Part shown: in pieces, positions 41,329 through 56,955 of the stretch
How positions within the stretch are numbered: position 1 is the stretch's first letter
How the letters are laid out: each line of letters starts with the position of its first letter
DNA from: the human T2T-CHM13v2.0 reference genome, Homo sapiens
Strand: one strand, 5' to 3'
Assembly (NCBI RefSeq): GCF_009914755.1
Contig: NC_060931.1
Length of the DNA stretch: 64,000 nucleotides
Position numbers and translations under genes: made by a program
Notes under the pieces: model-generated
Seen by the model: the letters and a program-made list of their open reading frames with translations, nothing else
Database searches by the model: none
Told to the model about the DNA's origin: nothing

Positions 41329-43829
41329 CCTTACATGTCAAGTGAGTCTCTTGAAGACATCAGATATTTGGTTTGTATTTTCTATCTATTCTGCCCATGT
41401 GTATCTTTTAAGTGGAGCATTTAGGCCATTTACATTCAGTGTTAATATTTAAGTGAAGCACTTAGGCCATTTACATTTAATGTTAATACTGCATTCATGA
41501 TACTCTTCCAGCCATCATGTTAATTGTTGCCTAGATACTTTATTTTATTTATTGCATTATTGTTTTATAGGCCCTGTGGCTATTATGCTTTCAAGAAGTT
41601 CTATTATGGTGCATAACAACCTTTTGTTTCAGAATTCAGAACTCCTTTTAGCATTTCTTGTAGGGCTGGCCTGGTAGTGACAAATTCTCTCAGCATTTAT
41701 TTGTCTGAAAATTACTTTATTTCTCCTTCAATTATGAAACTTAGTTCTGCTGGATACAAAATTCTTGGCTGACAGTTATTCTGTTTAAGGAGCCTCAAGA
41801 TAGGACCCCACATCCTTTGGGCTTGTAAGGTTTCTCCTGAGAAGTCTGCTGATAGAAGTCAGGAATGGTTTCCCTCCATCCATGCTGGAGACTGGGCATG
41901 CATGCAAGGCCCTTCCTTCTGCTGCTCCTACTTAATATTCCCCACCCCTCCCTGTATCAGGTTCAGCACTAGGTAGGGTTAAGGCTTTCTCTGTGGACTG
42001 GATTGCCAGGTTCCCTGGAGGCAGTCCGTCCCACTGTCATACTCACAGTTCTTCACCTGGCTCATGGTGTAGGCTGCAGCCTGCTGCTTCTTTCAAAGGG
42101 TCTGTGGTTTCTTTCCATTTTTCTGTTAAATTCCTTCATTGTTTCTTGGAAGAAAGTTAATGGTGTGTCTCTGCAGACTATTTTTTCTTTCCAAGGGGGA
42201 GACGCATGCTAACACTGCCTCCAATCCACCATATTGAAAAAAAGAAGTTTTCCTATTTTTAAAGTAAAATCCTTTTCTTGAAATTGGGCTTTTGAAACAT
42301 TTGCCTAGGTACTTTGCAAGATGAACCAAACTTCTAATATCAAAGGGAACTTGGCCCACCAAAGGGTAGAAGCTGTAGGCTCTCTCCTCCTGCTGTTTGT
42401 CATCAAGGCCCACACAGGGGTCCTGGCCCCAGCTGCAAGATGGGCTTTGTGTGAGCTCACAGGAGCAAAGCACGTGCCAGGTGCCCCGAGACTTAAATGT
42501 TCTCTCTGCTTTTATATCTTTTCATCATTTCATAGTTTCTGAAATTATTTGACATATTACTTGACTATAAAGGAAAAAAAATCAGAGATTTTATTAAAAC
42601 TCTGTAAACATTCCTAATTAAACCTCACATGTTGTTCACAAACCTTTTATGTTTTAAGCTGCTTCAGGACAGAGAATTGATTCTCCTCTCATTTTTCACT
42701 GACAGATCTGGTGGTACTTAGAGCCAGTAACATGCAGCAGTTAATTATGCTGCTGTCCCACATGTGTACATTTTGTTTTCTTGCCTGTATTTGTTATAAA
42801 GAGGGTTCATGTTACATTCCTCTGCACCCTCCAGAATGATTAGGTGGGCGTGAGATCCTCACATACTGAACACACACTTAGTAACTTTCTTGTTGACTGG
42901 TTATTCTGTTGTTTCATGTTATTTTAATGAGACTGGGAAAAAAGCCATTGCTCAAATCTGGTTATTCTTTATTAAAGTTCTCATATTGGAATTATTAAGG
43001 ACTAATGTCATTAGGGACATTTCTACTTTTGATATAGAAACAAGCTGCTTAGGGAAAAATCTCCTGTTTTCATGCTTGACAGTGTAGTTTCTCGTAGTTA
43101 AAACAAGTCTTTATGTACTGTTTTATCTCCTGTGCTAAAACAGAACGGTGAAATCTAAGGCAAACATTGTGTGTGTGCTTCGACACTCTCGTAAATTACT
43201 CTTGCCATTAATTTAACCACAGTTGTGTTATCACTTGACCTAAAGGGGCTCCTGGATGATTGGGAAACCAGCAGAGAGGCTAATGGGCCAACAATCTTGG
43301 CAGCCAACCTCCGTGTATGTCTTGGAAAATTCCTTCAGGATGTTTGCTTTGGCATTTGATTGTTCCTATCTTCAGATTACCTTATTTTATAGTATATTGA
43401 ATGTTGCATCATTAACAAATACCTGGTTGATATCTTTATTACTGTGGCTTCAGGCAGTAATACAAAGATTTTTCTCTAAAATACAAAGTGTATTTGAAAG
43501 CTTTTCTTTACATGTATATCAGTTTCAAACTTTACAATTAAATTTTATTCCCAGGAAACTCTCAGGATGTTCTTTTGTGTATTCATAAGGTATAATTTGA
43601 TGGCAACTTATATTATTTTTCAGAAAGGAAAATAGTTTCGTATCCAAAAGTTTGAATTGTCTTATTTAAGAAAGTTGACACACTTTAATCACAGGAAACA
43701 GTATGATTTGACTTTTCTAAACCACATAAAAGTATTTCTAAATATTTTTGCAGATCTCTTCTTCTCTTTAAAGTGAGAATAATCTTCTTTAATTTTGGAG
43801 ACTGTGCTAACCATTATCTTTGCTATTAA

Positions 43830-44360
43830 GGATTAGTTTTGTAACTAAATATGTGTTGAGTCCTGGGCTCACACTTCAGGGATACATCAGGAGACAAGTA
43901 AGGCCTCTGACCTCGTAAAATTTACCTGGGAGAGACAGGTAGTTCCAAGTAAACAAATGAATAAACAAGATGATGATAGATGGCTGTGAATTCTATGAAG
44001 GAAACAATGACTCAGGTCATGGAGGTGATAGTTTGCTTTGGTGGGTGATCGGGAAGGCTGCTCTAGGGAGGTGACATTTGCATAGCTTCCTAAGTATAAG
44101 AAGGAGCCAGAGATGCTGCTGGTACCAGGGCTCAGAGCATTTCAGGCCATGGAGTTGACATGTTCAAAGAGCCCAAAGCAGAAAAGCTGTTTGGTCAAGA
44201 AACAGGAAGAAAATGACTGTGGCTGTAGTATCATAAGCCAGGCAAAGGGTCAAGGCAGGGTGGGAGAGTTAGGCAGGAACCAGATCCTGCAGGCCCTGGA
44301 GGCCATTGAGGTTCTTCCCATTCTGAGTACAGTGGGGAGCTTCTGTATGCCTGGAAGCTG
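43830..44360 (-). mobile_element. L2 3' part
   Basis: ggaggtgacatttg…aaggagccag…catgttcaaagagccc…cagatcctgcaggcc. Confidence 0.75.
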
Positions 44361-44610
44361 GGGGCGTTGTGATCTTTTGATTTGACTCCTGGGAGACCAG
44401 GGAGGAGCCCTGCCATGGTAGACTTCCAGGGGAAACATCTCTGTGGCTGTTTTCCTGTGCGGGCAAGTTACTTTGTCTAAAGCCCAGTTTCCACATTAGT
44501 GAACAAGATTAATGATGGCATCTACACAGTAGGGTTGGTGTGACAGTTCCATAAGAACATGCATGTGAAACGGTTAATCCAGTGCTTGGAGAAAAGCAAA
44601 TGCTCTACAG

Positions 44611-45137
44611 CAGAGGTCCGCAACCCTTGGGTAGGAACCAGGCCAGTCCATGGCCTGTTAGGAACCAGGCTGCACAGCAGGAGGCGCAGGGTGGGCAAGT
44701 GAGCGAAGTCTCATCTGTATTTACAGCCATTCCCCATCACTTGCATTCCTGCCTGAGCCCCACCTCCTGTCAGATCAGTGGCAGCATATGATTCTCATAG
44801 GACCGTGAACCTTATTGTGAACTGTGCGTGTGAGGGTCCTAGGTTGCACGCTACTTATGAGAATCTAATGCCTGATGATCTGTCACTGTCTCCCATCACC
44901 CCCAGATGGGACTGTCTAGTTGTAAGAAAACAAGTTCAGAGCTTCCACTGATTCTGCGTTATGGTGAGTTGTATAACGATTTCATTATGTATTACAGTGT
45001 AATAATAATAGAATTAAAGTACACAATAAATGTAATGCACTTGAATCATTCCAAAACCATCCCCCAACCCTCTGGTCTGTGGATAAATTGTTTTTCATGA
45101 AACTGGTCCCTGGTGCCAAGAAGGTTGGGGACTGCTG
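44611..45137 (+). mobile_element. Full-length MER1A (hAT-Charlie), 527 bp
   Basis: TIRs cagaggtccgcaacc / ggttggggactgctg; perfect 8-bp TSD CTCTACAG (44603-44610, 45138-45145). Confidence 0.95.
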
Positions 45138-46699
45138 CTCTACAGCATTATAACGATATTGTCATGTTGTTTTAAAGATGGATAGGACATTTCACTGCCT
45201 TCCTGAAGCGCATGGCAGTGGGCATATGAACAGACATTTACTGGGCAGTAGTTACCTTGTTAGAGAAATGGGTACAAGAGTATACCTGTTCACCTAGGAA
45301 AGAAGTTCATTCTGAGGAAAGGGTCAGAAAAGTCTTCCTAAAGGAGCAGAGTCTAAATGTGGCTAAATAAACAAGGAATGGCCCTGCGACTTGGCCCAGG
45401 TGCCCCCACAATATAGACCCCTTGGACCTTCAGTGGTGCCATTGGATTCTCTCCTTTGGTTAGTGCACTGTTCCCTGAAAGCTTCTGTGAGCTGCAAACC
45501 CATATGCCTGACACCCAGGAATGCTGATTGCTGTTGGCCACAAGCTTGTCTTAAGGGGATGGGCACCAAGGCGTGCCCATGTGGCTGGGGCATGGCAGGG
45601 TGCCAGGAGGCAGGTGCTGCGTCCCTGGAGAAGCAGATCTTGCACAGCGGGGAGCAGGCTGAAGGCACCAGGAACCCTCTGCCAGCACACCCCTGAGATA
45701 AGCACTTCCTTCAAAGCTGAGTCCGGCTGCTCAGCGAATTGATGGATGATGAAGACATTGTCTTCCTTTGTTAGGATAAGAAGGATAATGATCTTTCTCC
45801 TTCCAAGTCGTCTGGGAGCTCAGGCTCTGTGTTGTGATAAAGTACAATTGGGGTTGTTTGTCTTTCCATGCTTACAGAAATCCTATTCCTCAAGAAAAGA
45901 AAGAAAGAGCCTACAAAGAACTTAAAACTAAGTAAGGACTTCAAAAAAGAAAGGTGGAGAGAGGGGAAAAGATGACTGCTACACATTTTCCCTTTGCTTC
46001 CCACGGGAATGGCTTCATTCTTGCCTTGAGTGTCTTAGATATGTCTCTCCCCCACCCGCAGCACTGGCTTTTCTGTCTTTTACCATTGAATTAGGCCTGG
46101 TCTAGACTTCAGTATTTATACCTGAGAGTACAGAAAAGAGGCTTTTCAAGAATACGTCAGTTCTGTTAGAATAAGATCCCATCCGTCATCAGATACCTTT
46201 CTACAGCTTTCTGTCACAGTATTTGATCACTGATCATAGAACCTGGACTAGAGATTTCATGTGGAGAATGTACTCCCTTCAAAAGGAAAACCATTCAACA
46301 ATTTAATATTTAATTGATTAAATACATGTGATTTGCTAATGTTAAGGTATTATAGTCACAGCCCCTCACTTGTTGACAAGTCCTATATCAAGTAATCATA
46401 GTGATTAAAAACAAAACCGAGAGTCAGGAATCAGCAAATCAGGCTTTCCACTGCCAAAATGAACATTATATTAATTCATGACTTTATTTAAAAGAGAGAG
46501 CACCTCAGACCCTAATTCAAAGACTGTTTCATCTCAGCCCACAAACATCGAAATATCAGATGAGAAACATTTTGAGAGGCAGGTGTGCAGACGGCAGCAA
46601 GTCGTGAGCCGGCTGCCTGACAGCAAAGGAGGAAGCGTTTAAAGTATGGAGCCAGGAATTCAAAACAACAACACGTTGACGCCATGGTGCACATCCAGG

Positions 46700-47110
46700 G
46701 CAACAGAAAGAGCTCTGGACTTAGACTCAGAGGGACGGGAAAAACTCAGAGGCTGCAGATAGACCAGGAGGTAGAGGCCTTGATCACTCCTTGTGTAGCC
46801 AGACCCGTTGCTTAAAATCTCTGAACTTCCTTATTGTAAAATATGAAGGAAAATCATTACTATTCTTAGAATTAAATATTTGTGAAAGGAGCTTTAGAAT
46901 GATAGAAGTACCATAGGGATGTTATTATCTTTTTTACTCTCTTTTCAACCTGTCAATTACCTGTTTAAATATGAACTAGTTATTCGCCCTTCCAGAGTCT
47001 CAGTTTCCTCTTAAATTAAGAATAATAAGTTTATCCCATTTGCTCATTTCACATCAGTCCTTTAAGTGCTTTGCATTTTGTTACATCTTATGTAAGTGGT
47101 GATATTAGCA
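46700..47110 (+). mobile_element. MIR fragments
   Basis: agagctctggacttagactcag; gtctcagtttcctc. Confidence 0.6.
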
Positions 47111-49006
47111 TTACTACATTGTAACACAGTACACAACATCTGAAAATGGTCCTGAGGCCTTCAAAGTTTAAATGTCGTTTAATACACTTTATTGAAGCAG
47201 GTACAGAACTGCTGTGTAATTAATTTCAAGACACTTATTTTCTCTCAAAAGTGCTTCTAAAACAAGTTTCCATGCTTGAAGCGTTGAGTGTCAAGTATCT
47301 GGGAGATTTGCTTTTGTAGGACGGTTCATTTCCCACTTGTGCCAGAATGAGTCATTTTGTGTGTAAGTGTCAAGCTTGGAGAGGTTCTAATTAAGTGCAA
47401 ATTACAATGAAATTAATAAATGACACCAATTTTTAGATTTTAAAATGTGCTTTGAGAGAATGCAATGTGGGCTTAGATTGATGGTAATTCTCATATTTTA
47501 AGTTGTGATTCAATATTATGTAGCATTAAAACTCAATTAAGTAAAAAATAAATGAAGAATCAAGTAGAGAGAATACTCATCTCTCAGATGCCTCAGCTTC
47601 TCCAATGATGGCTTAAAATCTGTTAAATGCTAAGGTTGTAATTGTCCTTATTGTTCACTATATTCCAAAATAATTGCACATATAATTAGCTTATTTAGTG
47701 AGAGATACTAAATCACCCTGTTCACAAATATACTAGATCGTCATAAATTGTACAAATGTAATTGTAAATTTAAGGTTTTATTTTACTTTTTGCAGATGAG
47801 CTGCAGACTATATATAAATTCATGTATGTATCCACTTACCAGAAATTTTATTAAATCAAAATATATTTGACCCAGCATTTTCCGATCCGTTTACAGTGGG
47901 AGAAGGTAGGCTACGTAGGTTCTTCCCTCCTCAGGTGGCACTAGTCAAGACTGACAGAGCCACCAGCAACTGATAGCCCAAAGATATCCTCTCAGCCTAC
48001 CGAACCAGACACCCCTCACCTTCTACCTGGTGATGCAGGGAAGCCCAGGGAAGTGCGTTCTGTCCCACAGGAGGCAATAGCAGGGATAGAGAAGGATCCC
48101 CAGACCCTACAGAACAAAGGAGACCAGGACAGCTCTGAAAAACACATTATCATTGGAACTACAGCCCAAAAAAGTAGGCAAAGTCCTATACCCTAAACCC
48201 ATCAGGCAACTGCCATCTAAAATAAAAGATTTAAATAGGACAAGGAGTCTTAACATAATATCGAAAACGTCCACAGAGAATGGAAAATTACTGAACATAC
48301 AAAGAACAAGGAAAAATCACAACTTGAATGAGAAGACACAATCAACTGAGGCCAAAATTGAAGTGAGTCAGCTGTTGCAATTACCAGACAAGGATTTTAA
48401 AGCAGCCATCATAAAAGGGCGTCAGCAGCAAACTATTCATTCTCCTTGAACAAATGAAGAAATAGAAAAATCTCAGCAAAGAAGAAGAAATTATTTAAAA
48501 AGTGAAAGTGAGTGAATTGAAACATTCCATAACCAGAATTAAAAACTAGCAGGATTAGCTCAGTAATAAAGTGGAGAAGACAAAGATAGATCGGTGAATA
48601 TGAGGATAGATCAATAGAATTTGCTCAGTCTGACCAACAATGAAAAAGGTAGACAAAAAAAAAAAAAAAATGAACAGAGGCTCCTGTGAGGCTGTAACCA
48701 AAGATCTAACTTTAATTTTATTGGAGTTCTAGTAGGAGATGAGAAAGAAAATTGGGACTGAAAAAGCATTCAAAGAAATAATAGTTGAAAGCTTTCTAAA
48801 TTGGGGGAAAAAAAAAACTCCACAAGCCTACAGATTCAAGAAGCTGAATGAATCACAATAGACCCTAAGAAATCAATTTGAAGACACTTAAACTTCTGTG
48901 TTGAAAATAAGTAATTTCTGAAAGCTAAGGAAAAATTAGAACTCTGAAAAAAATCTGTCAACCATGAATTCTGTATTTGGCAAAAATATCATTCAAGTAT
49001 GAGGGG

Positions 49007-49335
49007 AGGCCACGTGTTATCACGTGTAATATCAGACCTGTAATCCCACCACTTTGAGGGACATTGATGAGGGAGGATTGCTTGAGGCCAGGAATTTGAG
49101 GCCAGCCTGGGCAAGGTAGTGAGACCCCATTGCTACAAACAAATCAAAAAATTAGCCAGGCGTGGTGCACACCCCTGTAGTCCCAGCTACTCAGGAGGCT
49201 GAGGTGGAGAACTGCTTGAGCCCAGGAGGTCAGTGCTGCAGTGAGCTATTACGGCGCCATTGCACTTCAGCCTGGGTGACAAAGTGAGACCCTGTCTCAC
49301 CAAAAAAAAAGAAAAAAAAAAAAGAAAAAGGAAAA
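49007..49335 (+). mobile_element. AluJ
   Basis: ggaggattgcttgaggccagg, gtgagctat. Confidence 0.88.
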
Positions 49336-50757
49336 ATCAAACTAAGGAAAAATCAGATAATGTGTTGCTATAATAGTTAAATGAGGTCCTCCAAACAGAA
49401 AGAAGAAAATGATCAGAGAAGAAGGCTTGCAACTACAGAAAAGAAAGAAGAACAAATAAGTGGATAATAGGGGTAAATAAAATACACTACTTTTCACTTC
49501 ATGAGTTTCCTAAATTATATTTGAAGTTTGAAGAAAAAAAATTTAATTCCATCTCAAGCAGTGTTAAATGTATGTAGCAGAAATACTTAAGACTATTAGA
49601 TTTTAAAAGTGGGGAAGGGAAAAAGATTTCAGTCCTTCCTTTGAAGGAGTGGAATGAGGATACAAGTAGGCTGTGATAGGTTATAGATGCCTCTTATAAC
49701 AATTAGAGGAACTAATTGACCGAAATAGACCATATCCTGGTTCATAAAATCTCAATGAATTTTAAAGAATAGAAATGCATAGTATGTTCTGTAAAAATAA
49801 AGGAATCAAACTAGAAATTAACAGAGAGATAACAGGAAAACTTTAAACATGTGGATATTAAACAACTTCTAAATAATCCATGTGTCAAAGAAAGTATCTT
49901 AAAGGGAATAAAGGAAACACTGAACTGAATGAAAAATCAAAATGCAAAACACCATAATTTGGCAGATGCAACTAAGGGCATGCTGAGAGGAAAATTTATA
50001 GCATTAAATGTGTATATTAGAAAGAGGGAAGTCTCAAATCAATAATTTAAGCTCCCACCTAAGAACCTAGAAAAAGCAGATAATAAGAGAAAAGACACAA
50101 ATCACTAATGTTGTAAATGAAATGACCTATCACTATGGTTACTGTAGCCTTTAAAAGAATGATAGGAAAATACTACAGCAGGTTTATGCCCATAAAGTTG
50201 AAAACTTAGATTAGCTGGACCAAATGCTCAAAAACTACAAAGTGCCAAAAACTCAACCTATAGATATATAACCTGAATAGTCTTAAAGCCCTTAGAGAAA
50301 CTTAATTTGCAGTTAAACCCTCCCCACTTGATATCCTGGCAGAGATCATTTGACTTGAGAAATTTGCCACACATTTAAAGAAGAATTTAAATCAGTTTTA
50401 CAGGGTTTTGTTTATTAAATTAAGAGTAGGAAACACTTCCCAATTCATGTTGTGAGGCCAGTATTATTCTGATACCTGGAACAGCCAAAGACAGCATTTA
50501 AAAAAAAAAAAAACTGTAAACCTTTATGTCTCATGAATATAGGTGCAAAAATTCTCAACACAGTAATGGCAAACTGAATCCAGCAAAGTACAGGAAGAAT
50601 TAGACACCGTAACCAAGTGGGTGTTATTCCAGGCATGCAAGGCTGGCTTCATATTTGAAAATCAACTCATGTAAGTCATACTAACAGCAGTCCAGAGAAG
50701 AAACTTTATGAGCATATCCATTGACACAGAAAAAGCGTTTGATAAAATCCAACACTC

Positions 50758-51063
50758 AGCTGGTTGCGGTGGCTCATCCCTGTGATCCCAGCACTTTCAA
50801 AGGCCGAGATGGGTGGAATCACTTGGGCTCAGAAGTTGGAGACCAGCCTGGGTGACATGGTGAAACCCTGTCTCAAAAAAATAATAAAAATAATAAATTG
50901 GCCAGCTGTGGTGCCAGGTGCCTGTAGTTCCAGATACATGGTGGGCCTAAGGTGGGAGGATCGCTTGAGCCCCGGAGGTTGAGGCCCGGAGGTTGAGGCT
51001 GCAGTGAGCCATGTTTGCACCACTGCACTCCAGCCTGGGTGACAAAGCAAAACTGTATCTCAA

Positions 51064-51106
<43 letters not shown>

Positions 51107-51108
51107 AT
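50758..51108 (+). mobile_element. AluJ with (AAAT)n tail
   Basis: TSD approximately atc(c/t)aacactca; 14-bp internal duplication at 50971-50998. Confidence 0.9.
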
Positions 51109-52214
51109 ATCTAACACTCATTCATGCTAAAAATTCTCAGCAATCTAGTTATAGGGAGTAGCTTCATCAACTTCGTAAAGAGTATGTACAGAAACTTACA
51201 ACTAATACACTTAGTGGTGAGAAGGTGAATGCTTTTTCCCCAAAGTTGGGAACCAGGCAAGAATGACCGCTCTCCCACTCTTAACAGAGTACCTAACCAG
51301 TACAATAAGGTAGGAAAAAAAAAGGCATCCAAGTTTGAAAGGAGGAATAAAAGTGTTCTTATTTGTGGATGACATTATTGTCTTCATTGAAAATCCAAAG
51401 GAATTTACAAAAAAGTCCCAAGCTAATAAGTGATTCCAGCAAGCTTGCAGTATACAAAATCAACACATAAAAATCCATCACGTTTCTATATAATAACGCG
51501 TGGAAACCAAATTAAAAATACAATAATACAATGCCATTTATAATTGTTCCTTGCTTTTCATCCTAATGCCTAAGTCCTGGGAACAAATCTTGTTTGTAGA
51601 TATACCCAAATCTATATTATAGGTATACCCAAGTCTGTATTTCATTTGGGGATAAATCTAACAAGAATAGAAACTATTTTGAAATTTACAAAATGCTGAG
51701 AAATGGAAGAAATCAAAGACCTAAAAAATCAGAGAGACTTTGGGGATCAGAAAACCCAGAAAGGTTTTTTTTTTTTTTTTTTAAATATAGGTACTAGACC
51801 TAGACAGTCTCATTCTGAAATGTAGATGGCATAGCACAGGACCTATAATAACTAAAACAACTCTGAAAAAGAAGAAAAAAGTAGGAGGAATCATTGTTTC
51901 CAGTGTTAACGCTTACTGTATCCTGACAGTAATCGTGACTGTGTGGTACTGGCAAAGGAAAAGAGACATAGGTCAGTAGGACAAGACAGAGAACCCAGAA
52001 ACAGACCCACACGAATATGCCCAACTAATTTTTGACAAAGGTGCAGAAGTGACTCAGTGAAGAAAAGGTGGCCTTTACAATAATTGTAGCTGGAGCACTT
52101 GGACATTTAGGACAAAAGTGGGTGGAACCTTGACCTAAAGTTCATATTTCATTAAAAAGAAAACTCAAAAAAGTATCACATAAAATAAAAACTGTAAAAC
52201 TTTAAAACTTTTAG

Positions 52215-52526
<312 letters not shown>

Positions 52527-52621
52527 TCAGAGTATCTTTGGGATCTAAGACTAAGAGAAGAGTTTTTAAATTTGATGATACCAAAGGTACGATTTACAAA
52601 AATAAAATCTTATCACAATTA

Positions 52622-53000
<379 letters not shown>

Positions 53001-54446
53001 TCAACTTTACTAGCCACCAGGAAAATATAAACTGAAACCACAAGGAGATATCACTACAAACCCATCAGAATGGATAAAATAAAAAAGTTGATAGCACCAG
53101 ATAATGGCGTGAGAATGCAGAGAAACTGGATCACTCATATATTGTTAGTGGGAATGTAACCTGGTACAGCCACTCTAGAAAATAGGGAGTTGAGAATTTC
53201 TTCCCAACTTACTCTGTGACCCATGGGTGCTTACTTTATGATCCTTTGCAAGCTACTGCATTCTTGGGCATATCTCAGAGAATGAAAACTACGTTCACAC
53301 AAAAACCTGTACATGAGTGTTTCTAGCACCATTGTTTGTAATAGCCCAAACCTAGGAAAAGTTCAAATATCTTGCAATAGACAAATATTTAAAACACAGT
53401 GTAGTACTTCCATTCCATCACACATCGCTCATAATAAGAAGTGATGGGCTTCTGATACACACAACTGGGATAGACCTCAAGAGAGTTATATTGAGTGAGA
53501 AAAGCCAATCTCAAATGGTCACAGACCGCATGAGTCCATTTAGATTCCATTTATTTAAGATCCCTCAAGTTACACAGTTACAGCAATGGAGAAGAGATCT
53601 TTTGTTGCCAGGAGTTAGGCTTTGGGATGGAGAGCAAGGGCATGGGTGGGGCTTAAAAAGGGAGCTGGAGGGAGCTTGGAGGTGATGGAACTGTTCCCTC
53701 TCTTGGTTGTGGTGGTAGTTACATAAAGCTACGCGTGTGATAAAATTGCATAGAGTGTATTTACACCCATCCATGAGTGCAGGCACTGCTGGTGTCATCT
53801 GAATACTCTCTATGAATTCTCCCAACATCAGTTTCCTGGTTTTGATGTTGTTTGGTAAACTGTAGTTACTCAGCACGATGTTGGCACTGGGGCAGGTTGG
53901 GTGAAGGATGAATGGGTTTCACTGTACATTTCTTTGAACTCCTCGTAAATCTAATTATTTCAAAATAAAATGAATTAAAGACAATATGAATGAGAGAACA
54001 TCAAATAATAAGGCTTTCACAGTACAGCGTAGGCTTCTAAAGTTTGGGAGGAGGGCCTTGAGATGATTTGGTAACACCTCTGTGGGTGCACCCTTCTGAC
54101 GCAAATGACCCTCTGTTGTCTCTTCTGCTCTAACCAGGCATCAGCTATGTGGGTGTCTGGTGTTTCCAAAGGAGGGTAGGATGAGATCAGAGAGTGCATT
54201 GTGTGCTCACTGAGGAAGGGGGAGGAATAATGATCTGTTCCCAGGATTAAGAAAGAGGAAGAGGAGATACAGGACCATAAGAAAAGAGAACCCAGAGCTG
54301 AGAGCTTGTAGGAATGTCTCTGCTCCATTCTACTAGGGCTTAGACCGGTTGGCATAACAACTTCATGAACTGTCGGCCATCCTTAAGCTCTCCTTTAGGT
54401 ACCAATTATCTCCTGATTTTCTCTTCATTATTAACAGTAAATTATT

Positions 54447-54702
54447 TTCCTTTCCTCTTTCCTTTCCTTTCCTTTCTGACAAAGTCTGTCTTTATCACCC
54501 AGTCTGGAAGGCAGTGGCAACGATCATGCCTCACTGCAGCCTTGACCTCTTGTTTTTTTTGTTTTTTTGAGGTTATTTTTGTAGAGCCAGGGTTTCACCA
54601 TGTTACCCAGGCTGGTCTTGAACTCCTGAGCTCTAGTGATCTTCCTTCCTTGGACTCCCAAAGTGCTGGAATTACAGATGTGAGCCACCAGGCCAGCCCA
54701 GG
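54447..54702 (-). mobile_element. AluJ with internal deletion
   Basis: Antisense Alu; flanks share tta(a/g)cagtaaat. Confidence 0.8.
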
Positions 54703-54809
54703 TTAGCAGTAAATCTTGCTAAGATTGGCCCATAAAGAATACCCTGGCTTGGTAGACTGTACAGAAGAAGGGGAGACTCGGAGACCACGTCCTATGCCAT
54801 AGCCACTAT

Positions 54810-54900
54810 TAGAGAGACAGGAGCCCCAAGAACAGTCGAAGAGGAGTGGAGTTTAGGAAACAATCAGAACAATCTCTCTCCCCTGGTATGGCAGCCGCAA
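54810..54900. repeat. Duplicated module, copy A
   Basis: 26-nt identity with 58126-58151 plus downstream homology. Confidence 0.9.
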
Positions 54901-56174
54901 GGAAGGGGCACCCTGGGGAGTCAGCCCAGGGTAGAGAAGTACATTTGGAGCCTTTAATCAGGGAAGCTTGCAGGGCTGCGGCACTCACCGCAGGGGACAC
55001 CACCAGGGGGAAAGCAGGCAGGAGCCATTTGCCTTCCCTCCTCTTCAATCCTGTATCTATGTCCCTGTGCTGCTGAGGTCCAGGAGCTCCTTAGGGATGC
55101 ACTGTGTGTACGCGCCTTAGCACGCTGCACAATTCCGGACACACGGGGTGCTTATAAAGCGCTGTGGTGTATTTAGCAGCATCCTGTAGCCACCACATGG
55201 TGCCCAGACAGCTGCAGGCTGAACTCAAGTGCCCCACCCCCTGGTGCAGAATCCTCAGATCCGGGGACTCGCGCGGGTGGCTCAGCACCGCCCTCTGTCT
55301 GTTCTTAGGTCTTGCTCAGAGGCTGAAGCAGGGTGGGCTTTCTGGCTCACAGGGCCATCTGACCACTCCCCTCCTGGCCATTCCCCCTCCTCTCTCAGGA
55401 CATATGCTTTCCCCAAGATGGAGAGGAGAGCCAGCCTGAATCCTTGGTGTTTGTAAACTCCTTTCACCTGGAAATTGCTTTACATGTTTTAAACTTCACA
55501 TTACTCTTTGGGAGAAGAAAAGAAGTAACAAGTAATATTCAATTTCACACTTGGGAAACAAACAGTGAAGTTAAGTAACTTTCATAATGCCAGATAGCAT
55601 ATCTGTGTTAGGAAAGAATGTGTGAGTCCATATAAAATTCTGTCCTCAGACGTTTCTCAAGTGTGTTCTAAAATAAAAGGCTTCTGTACTCAAAATTGAG
55701 CTTTGTCCCTGTTGAATAGTAAATTAAGAGTTCAAAATGAGACAGTAAATAAGTTAGACCAAGTAAGTAAGCTGCCTTTGAGTATGGAGGTAGAGACATA
55801 AATTCGTATGATTACCATAGAAAACAGGCAGCACTTTCCTGAAAGAAGAGCAATTTTTATATCTTAAATATAAGCCTTTGAAAAATACGGTATTTGTTGA
55901 TAAAAGGAAACTTCTAAGGGCTGCTACTATATCTTGATGACTTAATAAGGGGATCTCCCTGTGGATGGGGTAAGTTAAAAGAGATTATTTCTTCAGTTTT
56001 TCTTTATTCACACACTAGTAGCAAAATTAGAAACATCAGTGAGAAAATTATATCTGATTTGTTGATATAACCTTATGAACTTTCCATTATAAAACCTGAA
56101 ATTAAAGTATATGTTGTTTTCTTTAATGAAGTTTAAAGAATTGGAAGAAGACATTTCATTCAGTTAGTAAGTAA

Positions 56175-56793
<619 letters not shown>

Positions 56794-56807
56794 TGAAATA
56801 GTTATCA

Positions 56808-56955
<148 letters not shown>

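Noticed and set aside
54811-54890. Glycine-riboswitch-like wording (GAGAGAC…CGAAG…AATCTCTC…GGTA)
   Set aside because: Required helices do not form, copy B lacks the motifs, and the context is primate DNA
54810-54890. Pre-miRNA hairpin explaining the 26-nt identity
   Set aside because: Neither strand gives a continuous ~22-bp stem covering the invariant block
55281-55301. REST/NRSF site (CTCAGCACC…)
   Set aside because: Left half only; the GGACAG right half is absent
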